Shown: positions 9,785-19,560 of the stretch, piece by piece
How positions within the stretch are numbered: position 1 is the stretch's first letter
Layout: the number at the start of each line of letters is the position of its first letter
Origin: an uncultured virus (IMG/VR IMGVR_UViG_3300036766_002285)
Lineage: Duplodnaviria > Heunggongvirae > Uroviricota > Caudoviricetes
IMG/VR virus record: IMGVR_UViG_3300036766_002285
Length of the DNA: 64,000 nucleotides
Direction: 5' to 3' (one strand)
The notes under the pieces: model-generated
Databases searched by the model: none
What the model saw: the letters and a program-made list of their open reading frames with translations, nothing else
What the model was told of the DNA's origin: nothing
Position numbers and translations under genes: made by a program

Positions 9785-10418
9785 ACTTATCCGTACTCAA
9801 GTCCTAAAAATTATAGAAGCTCAAGGTACTTTAGCTAATACTGATTTAAGAGATATTGATTTGCATGGAATTGATTTTAATGAAATTAGTTTATCTGAAG
9901 CCTACTTCTATCATGCGGATCTCAGCTATGCCAATCTCTCCAATTGCGATTTAACTAGAGCTGTATTAAGTTTTGTTACGGCAAACGACGCCAATTTCTC
10001 GAACAGCTCTCTAGCTGGAACGTCTATATCCAATATCACGGCCGAAAACGCCAATTTCTCTTCCGCCAATTTAACTAGAAGTTTTACATCAGATAGTTCT
10101 CTTCAATGTGCGAATTTTAGTTATGCTAATTTAGCAGGTACTGGGTTTGAGGATTTTTATACGAGTTTTTTTCACGTAGATTTAGCAGGTAGCAATTTTA
10201 CCTGCGCTGATATGCGTGGTATATTTATACAGAAAACGAATTTGGCAGATGCTAACCTAAGTAGTGCTGATTTGAGCCACTCTCAACTAGAAGACGTCTT
10301 GTTTGCTGGAGCAAATCTTTACAACTGTGATTTTACGGCCGCTACTTTAACAGACACCTATTTCGACGATGTCGTATTGACCGGAACTATCATGCCAGAT
10401 GGCGTACTACATGTCTAG
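9774..10418 (+). CDS. Pentapeptide-repeat protein (array 1)
   Basis: Rfr repeats; first 63 nt identical to the 8447 gene. Confidence 0.9.
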   Translation: MARKLIRTQVLKIIEAQGTLANTDLRDIDLHGIDFNEISLSEAYFYHADLSYANLSNCDLTRAVLSFVTANDANFSNSSLAGTSISNITAENANFSSANLTRSFTSDSSLQCANFSYANLAGTGFEDFYTSFFHVDLAGSNFTCADMRGIFIQKTNLADANLSSADLSHSQLEDVLFAGANLYNCDFTAATLTDTYFDDVVLTGTIMPDGVLHV

Positions 10419-11115
10419 ATCTAGGATTCTTCATTACCCCGTTCTTACACGCCAAGAAGTGCAAGAAGTGGCTAAAATTAAAGGAAGTCTCGCTGAAACT
10501 AATTTAGGTGCCCTCGATCTTAGTAATATAGATTTCTCTGGTATGGATTTTTCTGATGCCATATTGAGCAGAGCTAACCTTCGAGGCGCTAACTTATCCG
10601 GCTGTGATCTAACTAGAACTTTTCTATGGTCAACAGTAGCAACGGGTACCAATTTCGAAAAATGTTCTCTATCAGGTTCCCACATGGATGAGATACAAGC
10701 CATGGGTGCGAATTTTCATGAAGCGAATTTAACCAGAGCTTCTTTACAAAAAGCTGATCTTTCCGGCGCTGATTTTTCACTTTCTAATATATCCGGGTCT
10801 GGAGATTTTTCTGCAATATTTACTAGGGCAAACCTGGCCAATGCTAATTTTAGAGCAGCCAATATGTATGGTGCAACTCTTAATGATACTATATTGACTG
10901 GCGCTGACTTAAGTTTCGCTGATTTAAGATTCGCTGATTTACAAGGCGCCAGGCTCAGACATGCTAATCTAGAAAATACTAATCTACTGGGGGCAAAATT
11001 TACAAATGCAAATCTTGGAGATGCAAATCTAGCAGGTGCCAAAATTGACTTGAGCCAACTTCGTTGGGCTGCCTTGATTGGTACTATTATGCCAGACGGA
11101 ACAATCCATTCATAA
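10411..11115 (+). CDS. Pentapeptide-repeat protein (array 1)
   Basis: Rfr repeats; start placed at the ATG overlapping the upstream tail. Confidence 0.9.
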   Translation: MSRSRILHYPVLTRQEVQEVAKIKGSLAETNLGALDLSNIDFSGMDFSDAILSRANLRGANLSGCDLTRTFLWSTVATGTNFEKCSLSGSHMDEIQAMGANFHEANLTRASLQKADLSGADFSLSNISGSGDFSAIFTRANLANANFRAANMYGATLNDTILTGADLSFADLRFADLQGARLRHANLENTNLLGAKFTNANLGDANLAGAKIDLSQLRWAALIGTIMPDGTIHS

Positions 11116-11184
11116 AACTATATCTTGTTTGACCGTATAGACAGCGCGCTTATAGTTTATTATTACAAAAAGGGAGATATTAAT

Positions 11185-11841
11185 ATGAGTAAAGCAAAAT
11201 TAACCAGAAATGATGTTATTAGACATACAAAAGACCATAATAGTCTACAAGGCTCAGATCTTGCAGACCTGGATCTCCACGAACTGGATTTTTTCGCAAT
11301 GAATTTAAAAGACACTAATCTATACGGTGCTAACCTAAGAGGAGCCCGCCTTTGTTGGGCGGAGCTGGACCGTGCTGATTTACGGGTGGCAAATCTTGTT
11401 GGTGCAAATTTAAATGAGGCTAGAATGGAAAATGTAAAACTATGTAAAACTAATCTAACAGACGCTAGGCTAGATGAGGCCCGTCTTCAAGATGCTGATT
11501 TAACCAGAGCAATTCTAACGGGTGCAAACTTATCAAGTGCATGGTTGATGCGCGCGGATCTAACAGCTGCTGATCTAACTAGAGCTTATATGTCGGGGGC
11601 TAATTTAGAGGAAGCTATCCTCATAGACGCTAAGCTAGCTGGATTCGGGGATCATGAAGGTACCAACACAGAGATGTGGCAGACTAATCTAAGGCGCGCA
11701 GATTTAACCAGAGCTGACATGCGTGGAGTTAACTTAAGCAATGCTGATTTAACAGGTGCTATTGTAAAAGATACCAACTTTGAAAATGTTATCTGGTTCC
11801 AAACCACGATGCCTGACGGGACTAAGCGTTCCAATAATTAA
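11185..11841 (+). CDS. Pentapeptide-repeat protein (array 1)
   Basis: Rfr repeats; SD AGGGAG; promoter TTGACC-N16-TATAGT at 11129-11156. Confidence 0.9.
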   Translation: MSKAKLTRNDVIRHTKDHNSLQGSDLADLDLHELDFFAMNLKDTNLYGANLRGARLCWAELDRADLRVANLVGANLNEARMENVKLCKTNLTDARLDEARLQDADLTRAILTGANLSSAWLMRADLTAADLTRAYMSGANLEEAILIDAKLAGFGDHEGTNTEMWQTNLRRADLTRADMRGVNLSNADLTGAIVKDTNFENVIWFQTTMPDGTKRSNN

Positions 11842-11890
11842 GTATCTTCACTCCCCCATATTGCCATTATAGAAATTTTAGCATTAAAAT

Positions 11891-11935
11891 AAAAATAGAG
11901 CGAAACCTTTAATGAAAGGCGTCGCTCTATTTTTT
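11891..11935. terminator. Bidirectional intrinsic terminator
   Basis: AAAAATAGAGCGA...TCGCTCTATTTTT between convergent genes. Confidence 0.75.
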
Positions 11936-12461
11936 ACACTGTTTGTGTTTTTACTTGTTTTCTACGCAGACGATAACCTGCGATCAGCACAAGTGGAATA
12001 CCCGCAAAGGCAATTTTGCCAAAAGGGATCTTCCTGTATGGATTTGTACCTAAAGTTGCTAACTGTGGAATTACGAGTTCAGGTAAAGCATCAGCTGCAT
12101 GTAATTGAGCTAATAGTGCATCGGGTGCACTTAAAACACCTGTCACAATTCCAGGAGAAGTTGCATTTTTATTACTGGTTGTGCTAGCTTTTTTTGTTCC
12201 TACTTTTGTGTTAGTAGGTATCGTCGGCAGTACCAGAGCAGGTAAACTCGGTGCTACTAAAACAGGCATAGCCGGGACTACTAGTTGTGGCAATGTAAGA
12301 GTAAAAGCTGGTAATGTCGGCAAGGTCAATGGACCTGGTGTATCTAAAGCAGGCACTGTAGGTAACGTAGGCACCGGCAGAGATTCGTCGGCCAGTGCTG
12401 CAGTTGGAACAAAGAAAAATGCTACCAAGCCTAGGGCTGTTGCATATTTACTTAATTGCAT
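11934..12461 (-). CDS. Secreted/surface Pro-Thr-rich protein with C-terminal membrane anchor
   Basis: Signal peptide ending AALA, LPT repeats, C-terminal TM plus RRK tail. Confidence 0.7.
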   Translation of the reverse strand: MQLSKYATALGLVAFFFVPTAALADESLPVPTLPTVPALDTPGPLTLPTLPAFTLTLPQLVVPAMPVLVAPSLPALVLPTIPTNTKVGTKKASTTSNKNATSPGIVTGVLSAPDALLAQLHAADALPELVIPQLATLGTNPYRKIPFGKIAFAGIPLVLIAGYRLRRKQVKTQTV

Positions 12462-12665
12462 TGGGTTTGACTCCTTTCAGGAGTTGTATTAAAGATACCA
12501 TCAACTATAAGGGCAAATGACCAAAACCCAAGTCCGGTTACTTACGACTATATTTCTAACCACTTGTCTGCCCCAAAAGGCAATATATACTTGAGTTATA
12601 AAGAAAATTTTTCTCTATCAAATCGTAGTCAATGCCCTATTTATCAGGCTAAGCACTATAATAGC

Positions 12666-13178
12666 ATGGACATAAATATATTCGATCTCAACTGTCCAGA
12701 AACCATAGACGAAGCTGGCCTAATTCGCGCTTTGGGTATACTTACCTCAGAACAGTCCCGCCGTGCATTAGCAAACTATGAACCAGAAGCTCTTATTGAA
12801 AATGCATTTGCAACCGGATTTACTTCAAAATTCATGCCAAAAGATCCTATCGTGGTTGGTGGAATTTTAATATGTATGGGTGCGAAATTAGATCGCTCTG
12901 TTACGAACCACCGTTGTGCTTTTGTTAAAGTAGCAGGCAACTGGTCTTGGGAGCACCCAGATCAGGCCAACGACGTCGTACGCTATTTACCAGGCCCGCA
13001 TGGAAGAATGCAGACAGTTACTCTCATACCCGCAATAGAGGGCATGGCCGTTGATTTAGTAGAAGCCAAAACTAAAAATGGGGTACATGAATTTGTCGGG
13101 GTTAGATCTTTTGTTTTCGAGCAAAATGAGTTACTTTTAGTAGCAGCCAGGGCAGTATCTAGAACCCAACACCGTTAG
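12666..13178 (+). CDS. Hypothetical protein
   Basis: Long ORF; probable leaderless ATG 6 nt after CACTAT. Confidence 0.65.
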   Translation: MDINIFDLNCPETIDEAGLIRALGILTSEQSRRALANYEPEALIENAFATGFTSKFMPKDPIVVGGILICMGAKLDRSVTNHRCAFVKVAGNWSWEHPDQANDVVRYLPGPHGRMQTVTLIPAIEGMAVDLVEAKTKNGVHEFVGVRSFVFEQNELLLVAARAVSRTQHR

Positions 13179-13241
13179 AAGTCTAGATTTTGAGCCTATA
13201 CTACAAATGGATACTGTTTTATAATTTCCAGGAGGACCGTC

Positions 13242-14213
13242 TTGCATCCAGAGCTACAAAAACTAGAACATTTCTATGAAGAACAGTACAACCGCGTGCT
13301 TGCCGGAGAGATAACCCAAGATGAAGCCACTTATGCTCTAGAAAATGCAGTAGCCATAGATGGAAGCGGAGCCGAGTGGACAATAAGTGCAGACAGTGTT
13401 GATGTATTCTTTTTGCGCGCAGAGCCAGGCTATGAGCCCGAGCGTGCGGATCCGAATCAATTTATAGCCTCCCAATTACCAGTGGTACCTTTTAACCCAA
13501 ATTCAATTCCCCAACCAATGCATAGCGGCCAACAAAGATCCTCAAGCCAAGAAGCAGTACGCAGGGCACCTACGCGATCTTCACAGTCCGATGATAATCA
13601 AGAATACACAAACGCGCCGCCATCTCGAGTTAAAAAATCAAAAAAGAAGCGTATCAGCGGTGCAAACATTCTATCTAAACTATTAGTAATATTATTGTTA
13701 CCTATAAAATTGCTTAGATCAAAATTTAAAAAAGTAGCATTTCCCCTAATAATGATATTGCTGGTTCTTTTTTTGATAACTAAAAAACCAAGCTCCGATA
13801 ATACAACTGGCGATCCTCTAGTTACAGTGCCGGGGGTACCTGTAACTATTTACGTACCAGGAGTAGCTCCTGTTATAAGCGCAGCCCCCGTAACCGTACC
13901 AGAAACAACTCTCCCAATAGTAGTGCCTACCCAAAAACAATTAGATGCCATGACAACCACCATATTTAGTGGTACAACTTCCCGTATAAATACTCTACTA
14001 CGCGATTCACAAGACAATAAAAAACTTCTACTCGCAGCATTTGGAGCTAAACGTGCTGGATTTATTATAGGTATTAGCAACCTCCAAGGCACCAGTGCCG
14101 GAGTAACTGTGACCTTAGAAGTAGGCACAGATACTGAAGTATTTACTTCGTGGACTCTAGGGCTAGTATTGGAAGGGAAAGCTTGGCGAATTGATAGTGT
14201 GCGCCTAAACTGA
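13242..14213 (+). CDS. Membrane protein; N-terminal domain shared with 56289 ORF
   Basis: SD AGGAGG + TTG start; HPEL...AIDGSGAEW domain, disordered linker, hydrophobic segments, Pro/Thr stalk. Confidence 0.7.
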   Translation: MHPELQKLEHFYEEQYNRVLAGEITQDEATYALENAVAIDGSGAEWTISADSVDVFFLRAEPGYEPERADPNQFIASQLPVVPFNPNSIPQPMHSGQQRSSSQEAVRRAPTRSSQSDDNQEYTNAPPSRVKKSKKKRISGANILSKLLVILLLPIKLLRSKFKKVAFPLIMILLVLFLITKKPSSDNTTGDPLVTVPGVPVTIYVPGVAPVISAAPVTVPETTLPIVVPTQKQLDAMTTTIFSGTTSRINTLLRDSQDNKKLLLAAFGAKRAGFIIGISNLQGTSAGVTVTLEVGTDTEVFTSWTLGLVLEGKAWRIDSVRLN

Positions 14214-14274
14214 TTTTATTTCAATATTAACTTCCAGAGAGTGCGCTAGTGTCCGATCTTTACACAATAATATT

Positions 14275-14772
14275 ATGATATTTATAAAAACCAGCCAAAC
14301 TAGAACTGCAATCAAAAAGGCAAAATCCCAAGCAATTCTTAGGCGAGACCTAGCCAAACAATCCTTAAAAAATGACATAGTCAAAATTAAAAAAGACGGC
14401 GTCGCTGCAAAACATATGCACAAACAATCCCTAAAAAATGACATAGTCAAAATTAAAAAAGACGCCGTCGACGCAAAACGTGTACGAAAACAAGCCAAAA
14501 AAGATAGCCGACGTGCAAGTAAACAAGCTAAAAAAGATAAGCATGCGGCAAAACTTACTGCAAAAAAGTCCGCCAAAATTAAAGCTGCCGAACAAAAGAT
14601 TACTAATAAAGAAACAATCGCTAGAACTAAAAAAGACGCCGCCGACGCAAAACGCGCAGCTCAAAACGACCGCAAGCAGACAAAAACACAAAATGCCGAA
14701 ACATTAGCAGCTATTCGTAAGATCGCAGCAGATGAAATAAGCCAAGCTAAAATTTCCGTCCGTAAAAACTAA
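14275..14772 (+). CDS. Lys/Ala-rich histone H1-like basic protein
   Basis: Very high K/A/R content; 22-aa (66-nt) internal tandem repeat. Confidence 0.6.
   Translation: MIFIKTSQTRTAIKKAKSQAILRRDLAKQSLKNDIVKIKKDGVAAKHMHKQSLKNDIVKIKKDAVDAKRVRKQAKKDSRRASKQAKKDKHAAKLTAKKSAKIKAAEQKITNKETIARTKKDAADAKRAAQNDRKQTKTQNAETLAAIRKIAADEISQAKISVRKN
14355..14479 (+). repeat. Two copies of a 66-nt-period tandem repeat
   Basis: CAAACAATCCyTAAAAAATGACATAGTCAAAATTAAAAAAGACG at 14355 and 14421. Confidence 0.9.
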
Positions 14773-14827
14773 GACTTCTTGCTCAGTATACTAATTATAA
14801 ATCATTATCTAAATCGGCATAGAAGTT

Positions 14828-14916
14828 CTAGCTAGAGTAGATACTACCATCAGGCATAGTAGTGTCCTCGAAATAACAGTTTTTAAGAAGTGTGTTTTTA
14901 ACATAATTCTTAGCAC
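14828..14916 (-). pseudogene. 3' fragment of the PRP gene starting at 16999, split by IS607
   Basis: Translates (G)AKNYVKNTLLKNCYFEDTTMPDGSIYSS*; rejoins in frame to ...ADLK at 16534. Confidence 0.85.
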
Positions 14917-16533
14917 CGTTCCTTTTGAGTGTCGTTTAGTGACACTCTAGGAGTTCTCCCTTGCGAAAGAACAGTTCTTGTTTTAGGCCACCATTGCTGG
15001 TTGCTTCAAGATTGACGCTTCATCGGCCACAACATTTATATCTAATAAAGATACTTTAGTTTTACGTAGGCCTTCACGTCCAGACTCCGGACTACTCCCG
15101 GAGTTTACTATTATATTGCTTGACTGCCTAGGTAACCCTAGTTTAGCCAAATTCACTGCTGCATTAAGATCTCTATTCAAGACATTAGGGCAAACAGTGC
15201 ATTTATATATACGCTCTTGGCGTGGTAGTTTGGCTTTCACTGATCCACACTTTGAACATGTTTTACTAGAGGGATAGAACCGGTCAGCTATAACTAAAGT
15301 TGAGCCATACCAGAGCGTCTTATATTTAAGTTGCCTGTAAAATTCTCCAAGACCGGCATCTGCCATCTGTTTTCCAAGCAGACCACTTTGTATTATCCCT
15401 GCGACATATAAGCCTTCAATAACTATTGTGTCAAAGTTTTTGGCAATATTCGTTGTAGTTTTGTGGTTCAGATCCAGACGACAATTAGCAGGTTTTGCAT
15501 GAATACGTCTGTTCCTTTTTTGTTCTTTAATATATCGATTTGATGCTTTAGTACCAGGTATTTTATTATGGCTTTGTTTGCGTGACAAGTTCTTGTTTGA
15601 ACGTCTAAGCAGTTTAGCCTGTTTATCTGTATTTCGTGGATTTTCAGTTCTAAAAAGCTCTTCACCAGTTGGGCTAGCTCCGATATGCAAAGTATTTATA
15701 CCCACATCAATACCTATAATGCGTTTGGCTTTGCGTGGTGTAGGTATATCACGATCTACTTCTACAGTAAAAGACACAAACCATCTGTTTTGTTTATGAG
15801 AAAGAGTCGCAGCTAGAATGCGGGCGCTACAGTTTTCGATACGCCGAGTTAGCTTGCGGGTACTCTCGTAGGTGCGGATTTGACCTATAACTGGAAGAAG
15901 TATATGGTGACGATCTACAGTTACCCCGATGTTACCTGTGGTGAACCGAACACTCTCATGTTGGCCGCGCTTATGATATTTAGGAAATCCGACCGGTTTA
16001 CCTTTCCTGTTAAAGAATCTATATGGTTTGATACCCCTAAAGATAACCGTTTAGTGCCATCTGAGTAGGCTTCCTTAGAGTTTTCTCTCCACCAGGGGGC
16101 AACCAAATCTTTCTTTGTGTTCCAAATCTTTCTTAAAGCATAATGTGAAGTCGGAAAATATGGGGTCAGTGCACTTTTCGCCACACCGGAACTAATCTCA
16201 GCTTTTCTTAAATCATTGGTAGCTTTCATACAGCCAAGAAGATAATTGTAAACATACCTGGAAGCTCCCACATGAGAGTTACAAGCCCGCGCTTGAGTTG
16301 GAGTAGGGTCAAGTGCGAACTTGTAAGCCTGATGGATTATGCTCATAAAGGTTTAATTTGTTCAGGCATGTCTCGTACAAGATCATCATTCCGTTCATCA
16401 CGCAACCTACCTGCCGCTGTAGTCAATGTTCCACCTACTTCACTAGTCCAATCTGGATGTTCATACATCTAGTATCGGCACTAGATGCCCTTTGATGGCA
16501 CTCGTTGCCGCTGAACCTTATACTGCTCGCAAT
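14917..16533 (-). mobile_element. Degenerate IS607-family element (tnpA remnant + frameshifted tnpB)
   Basis: Right junction GGAACGG, GG at both junctions, no target duplication; tnpA remnant motifs RASSAD, TSEVGGTL, DDLVRDM at ~16343-16500; removal restores the PRP frame. Confidence 0.85.
14983..16346 (-). pseudogene. tnpB: IS607 TnpB, frameshifted near 16000
   Basis: N-terminus QAYKFALDPT...WWRENSKEAY; second frame KGKPVGFPKY...; RuvC GIDVG, IVIEGL, NRDLNAA and zinc finger intact. Confidence 0.9.
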
Positions 16534-16999
16534 CCTTTAGATCGGCTTTTGTTAGATCTGTGTCTTCAAAATATGTATTACTAAGATTAGCTCCTCTCAA
16601 ATTTGCTTTACAAAAAGTAACCTTAGTAGCGACGCCATTAGATAAGTCAGCATATTGTAGATTCGTACCACTCAAGTCAGCACCTTCAAGGTCACAGCTA
16701 AGAATAGCGCCCGAAAGATTTGCTCCAGTAATCTCCGCGTCCGTAAGCTCCGCATCTTCTAAGTTAGCATCTCTAAGATCAGCACCACACAGCGTAGCGC
16801 ACCCCAACCACGCATCTGTTAGGTTAGCGCCTCGCAAATTGGCACCCCGCATATCAGCTCCAAAAAAATCTGCCCCAACTAGGATCATACCGCTTAGATC
16901 TATATAACTTAAATTTTTATTGGAAAGATTCAGATGTTCATCCTTATTAGCAGCAATTTGTTTTTCAACTTGCTTACGAGTATAATGTTTAGGTGCCAT
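16534..16999 (-). pseudogene. Pentapeptide-repeat protein, 5' part interrupted by IS607
   Basis: Rfr repeats stop abruptly at the insertion; ORF reads into the IS to 16481. Confidence 0.85.
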
Positions 17000-17028
17000 T
17001 CATATCACCTCCGCTGCAATAATTTTTA

Positions 17029-17199
17029 TTATTTATGGTTCTTGCGGCGGTTTTCCATTGATTCTTTGACAGACTCAGGCAATCCTTCACCTTCAGCAGC
17101 CTTAACCCGAAATCTGGGGTAGTTAGGATCTTTAGCATTTTTAAGAAACTTGGCACTTCGTTTTTCTTCTTTACGTTTGGCTCTATCTTCTTTGTTCAT
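17029..17199 (-). CDS. 56-aa basic hypothetical protein (not in ORF track)
   Basis: SD AGGAG; MNKEDRAKRKEEKRSAKFLKNAKDPNYPRFRVKAAEGEGLPESVKESMENRRKNHK; tandem paralog adjacent. Confidence 0.75.
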   Translation of the reverse strand: MNKEDRAKRKEEKRSAKFLKNAKDPNYPRFRVKAAEGEGLPESVKESMENRRKNHK

Positions 17200-17217
17200 T
17201 ATAATACTCCTGTTCTA

Positions 17218-17382
17218 TTATTTCTGATTCTTGTAGCGGTTCTCCATTGATTACTTAGTGGCCTCGGACAGGCCTTTACCGTCAGCAGCTTTAACCAGAA
17301 ATCTAGGATCGTTCTCGAATTTGTCAATGACCTTAGCATGTTGTTTTTCTTCTTTACGTTTGGCTCTATCTTCTTTATTCAT
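17218..17382 (-). pseudogene. Tandem paralog of 17029..17199 with premature TAA at 17251-17253
   Basis: MNKEDRAKRKEEKQH...GLSEATK*SMENRYKNQK*; the paralog has GAA at that codon. Confidence 0.7.
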
Positions 17383-17507
17383 TGCAATTCCCACAGTTGC
17401 TGTACACTATTGGCGCGCCGCTCGCCAAGTGCGTAATACTAGCCTCAAATAAATTTGTACGGTACATAAACAGCACAATTCCTATAATATTAAAAGTTTT
17501 AGATAAA

Positions 17508-18242
17508 TCAAGTGTGTCTGGTACCATCTGGCATAATAGCGCCTTTAAGGTCGCATCCGGGGAAATTTGTGGTCATATTGGTAGCTCCAAAAAAGTTAGC
17601 ATTACGCATAATAGTATTTGTAAATAGTATTTCTTGTAAATTAGCACAACTGAAGTTTGCATTGCTCAAGTCAGCATTTGTGAAATTAATACCGTTTAAG
17701 TCAGTTAATTCTAGATTAGCACCCGTAAAATCAGCGTTAGAGCAATTACAGTTGAATAACACCGTACCCCGCATATCAGCAAAACTCAAATTTGCAGAAG
17801 CTAACTCAGTAGTGTGTAACTGCGTTTTATATGTATCTCCCATTCCAGCTAGATTAGCTCTCTCTAGATTTGCATTAGTCAGATTTGCTTTTGTGAGGCC
17901 ACATCTTGTTAAATTAGCACCCGTAAAATTAACATGTTCGGCCGCTACGAAAGACAAGTTACAACCAGCAAGGGAAGCGTGTGATAGGTCAGCATATGCT
18001 AAAGTAGCTCTATATAATGTACTTTTTGTTAAATCACAAGAATTAAGATTAGCACCGTAAAGATTAGCAAACATTAAATCGCAGTTTGAGATATTCATGT
18101 TAGATAAATCCATATGCTCAAGATCAATTCCATACAGACCTTCATTGGTTCCAAGAACTGTATCCCGTAACTCAAGCCCAGCTAGACTGCCTTTAGTTTT
18201 TATTATTTCTAGAATATCAGATCTCAGAATTCTGTGTAGCAT
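17508..18242 (-). CDS. Pentapeptide-repeat protein (array 2)
   Basis: Rfr repeats, tail AIMPDGTRHT, SD GAGGAGG. Confidence 0.9.
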   Translation of the reverse strand: MLHRILRSDILEIIKTKGSLAGLELRDTVLGTNEGLYGIDLEHMDLSNMNISNCDLMFANLYGANLNSCDLTKSTLYRATLAYADLSHASLAGCNLSFVAAEHVNFTGANLTRCGLTKANLTNANLERANLAGMGDTYKTQLHTTELASANLSFADMRGTVLFNCNCSNADFTGANLELTDLNGINFTNADLSNANFSCANLQEILFTNTIMRNANFFGATNMTTNFPGCDLKGAIMPDGTRHT

Positions 18243-18260
18243 GCTAACCTCCTCGGGCCA

Positions 18261-18917
18261 TTACTTACTAATTGTGCCGTCTGGCATAATTGTATTTTCT
18301 AGTAAAGCTCGCGCAACGTCGCAATTTACCATTGAGGCTTGAGATAAATTTGTGCGACATAGTATGGTTTTATCTAATTCTGCATTATTAAAATTTGCAC
18401 CAATAGCAAGAGCATCTGTTAAGTTTGTGTTAGCTAAACAAGCAAAGTTGAAACCAACACCGCGCAAATCAGCCGAAATGAAAGTTGCACCCAGCAAATC
18501 AGCGTAAAATAACTCCGTTCTGTAAATTTCACCATAACCAGCCATATTGACCGCATTTAGGTTAGCATTTTGCAGCCTGGCTCTTATTATGTTAGCTCTT
18601 GTTAGATTGGCCTTATAAAAATTACACCCCCCAGCTTCTGTCATAGAAAGATCTGCGCCCGCCATCGCGCTGTTCGAAAAATCAACCCCAACCAGGTTTG
18701 CCGCATAGAATATTGTCCTAGTTAGATCACAGTTTGATAAATTAGCAAAAGTTAAATTTGCCTCAAATAAATTTGCTTCAGATAAATTCATATTAGATAA
18801 ATCACAGCCACAAAGATCAACCCCCCGCATATTAGCACAAGCCAAGCTTCCTCCAGCCATAACAATGGCTAAAACGTCAGATTTAGAGAGTCCGGGAGTT
18901 ATTATTTGGTTAGTCAT
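18261..18917 (-). CDS. Pentapeptide-repeat protein (array 2)
   Basis: Rfr repeats, tail TIMPDGTISK. Confidence 0.9.
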   Translation of the reverse strand: MTNQIITPGLSKSDVLAIVMAGGSLACANMRGVDLCGCDLSNMNLSEANLFEANLTFANLSNCDLTRTIFYAANLVGVDFSNSAMAGADLSMTEAGGCNFYKANLTRANIIRARLQNANLNAVNMAGYGEIYRTELFYADLLGATFISADLRGVGFNFACLANTNLTDALAIGANFNNAELDKTILCRTNLSQASMVNCDVARALLENTIMPDGTISK

Positions 18918-19560
18918 GCACGCTTCCGTCGAACATGATAGTTCCAGTCAAATTTGCAAAACTAAAATTGGCACCGGAGATATTGCAGTTTGTAAGGTTT
19001 GCTTTACTTAAATTGGCATATGCAAAGTCTGCATTGCTTAAGTCCGCGCCCTCAAGGTCAGTTCCAGTTAAGTTTGCTTCTTGCAGGGATGCTCTCGCAA
19101 AACACACTTTTCGCATATCGGCTCTACTTAGGTCAGCTTTTATTAGTTTGATATGAGTTCCGCCCCTAGCTAGATTTCTGGTATCTAGCATGATTGCACC
19201 AATCAAGTTGCAGTAACTAAAGTTAGCCCCAGTGAGTTTTGTTTTACTCAAATTCGCCTCAAATAAATTTGCCCCCGCAAGATCTGTATAAAACATACGT
19301 GCTCCAGTTAAATTTGAATGAGACAGATCGGCATTTTTTAGTCTAGAATTGTTCAATTCCACTCTGGTCAAGTCACACCCTTGCATATTTACCCCCTCTA
19401 AATCAGCACCTAACAACTCAGCCCCTGCTAAACTTAACGAAGCAAAATCTACACCAGCTAATTTAGCAAAACGTAAGTCATAACCAGCCAAACTTTGACG
19501 TTTGTCTATCATCGCTAAAATATCTTCCCGTTCTATTGCTTCTTTAGTTAATTTAATCAC
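18910..19560 (-). CDS. Pentapeptide-repeat protein (array 2)
   Basis: Rfr repeats; probable GTG start inside the upstream tail. Confidence 0.9.
   Translation of the reverse strand: MIKLTKEAIEREDILAMIDKRQSLAGYDLRFAKLAGVDFASLSLAGAELLGADLEGVNMQGCDLTRVELNNSRLKNADLSHSNLTGARMFYTDLAGANLFEANLSKTKLTGANFSYCNLIGAIMLDTRNLARGGTHIKLIKADLSRADMRKVCFARASLQEANLTGTDLEGADLSNADFAYANLSKANLTNCNISGANFSFANLTGTIMFDGSVHD

Noticed and set aside
11934..12461. Sortase-anchored protein
   Set aside because: TM plus basic tail fits, but LATLG is not a clean LPxTG/LAxTG motif and no sortase is in the window
14917..16533. IStron (self-splicing IS607) restoring the PRP mRNA
   Set aside because: Removal is in frame and the element ends in G, but there is no room for a group I intron core before the tnpA remnant and the 5' exon does not end in U
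17251..17253. Stop-codon reassignment
   Set aside because: TAA, TAG and TGA all end conserved genes at the expected positions; internal stops are limited to decayed copies
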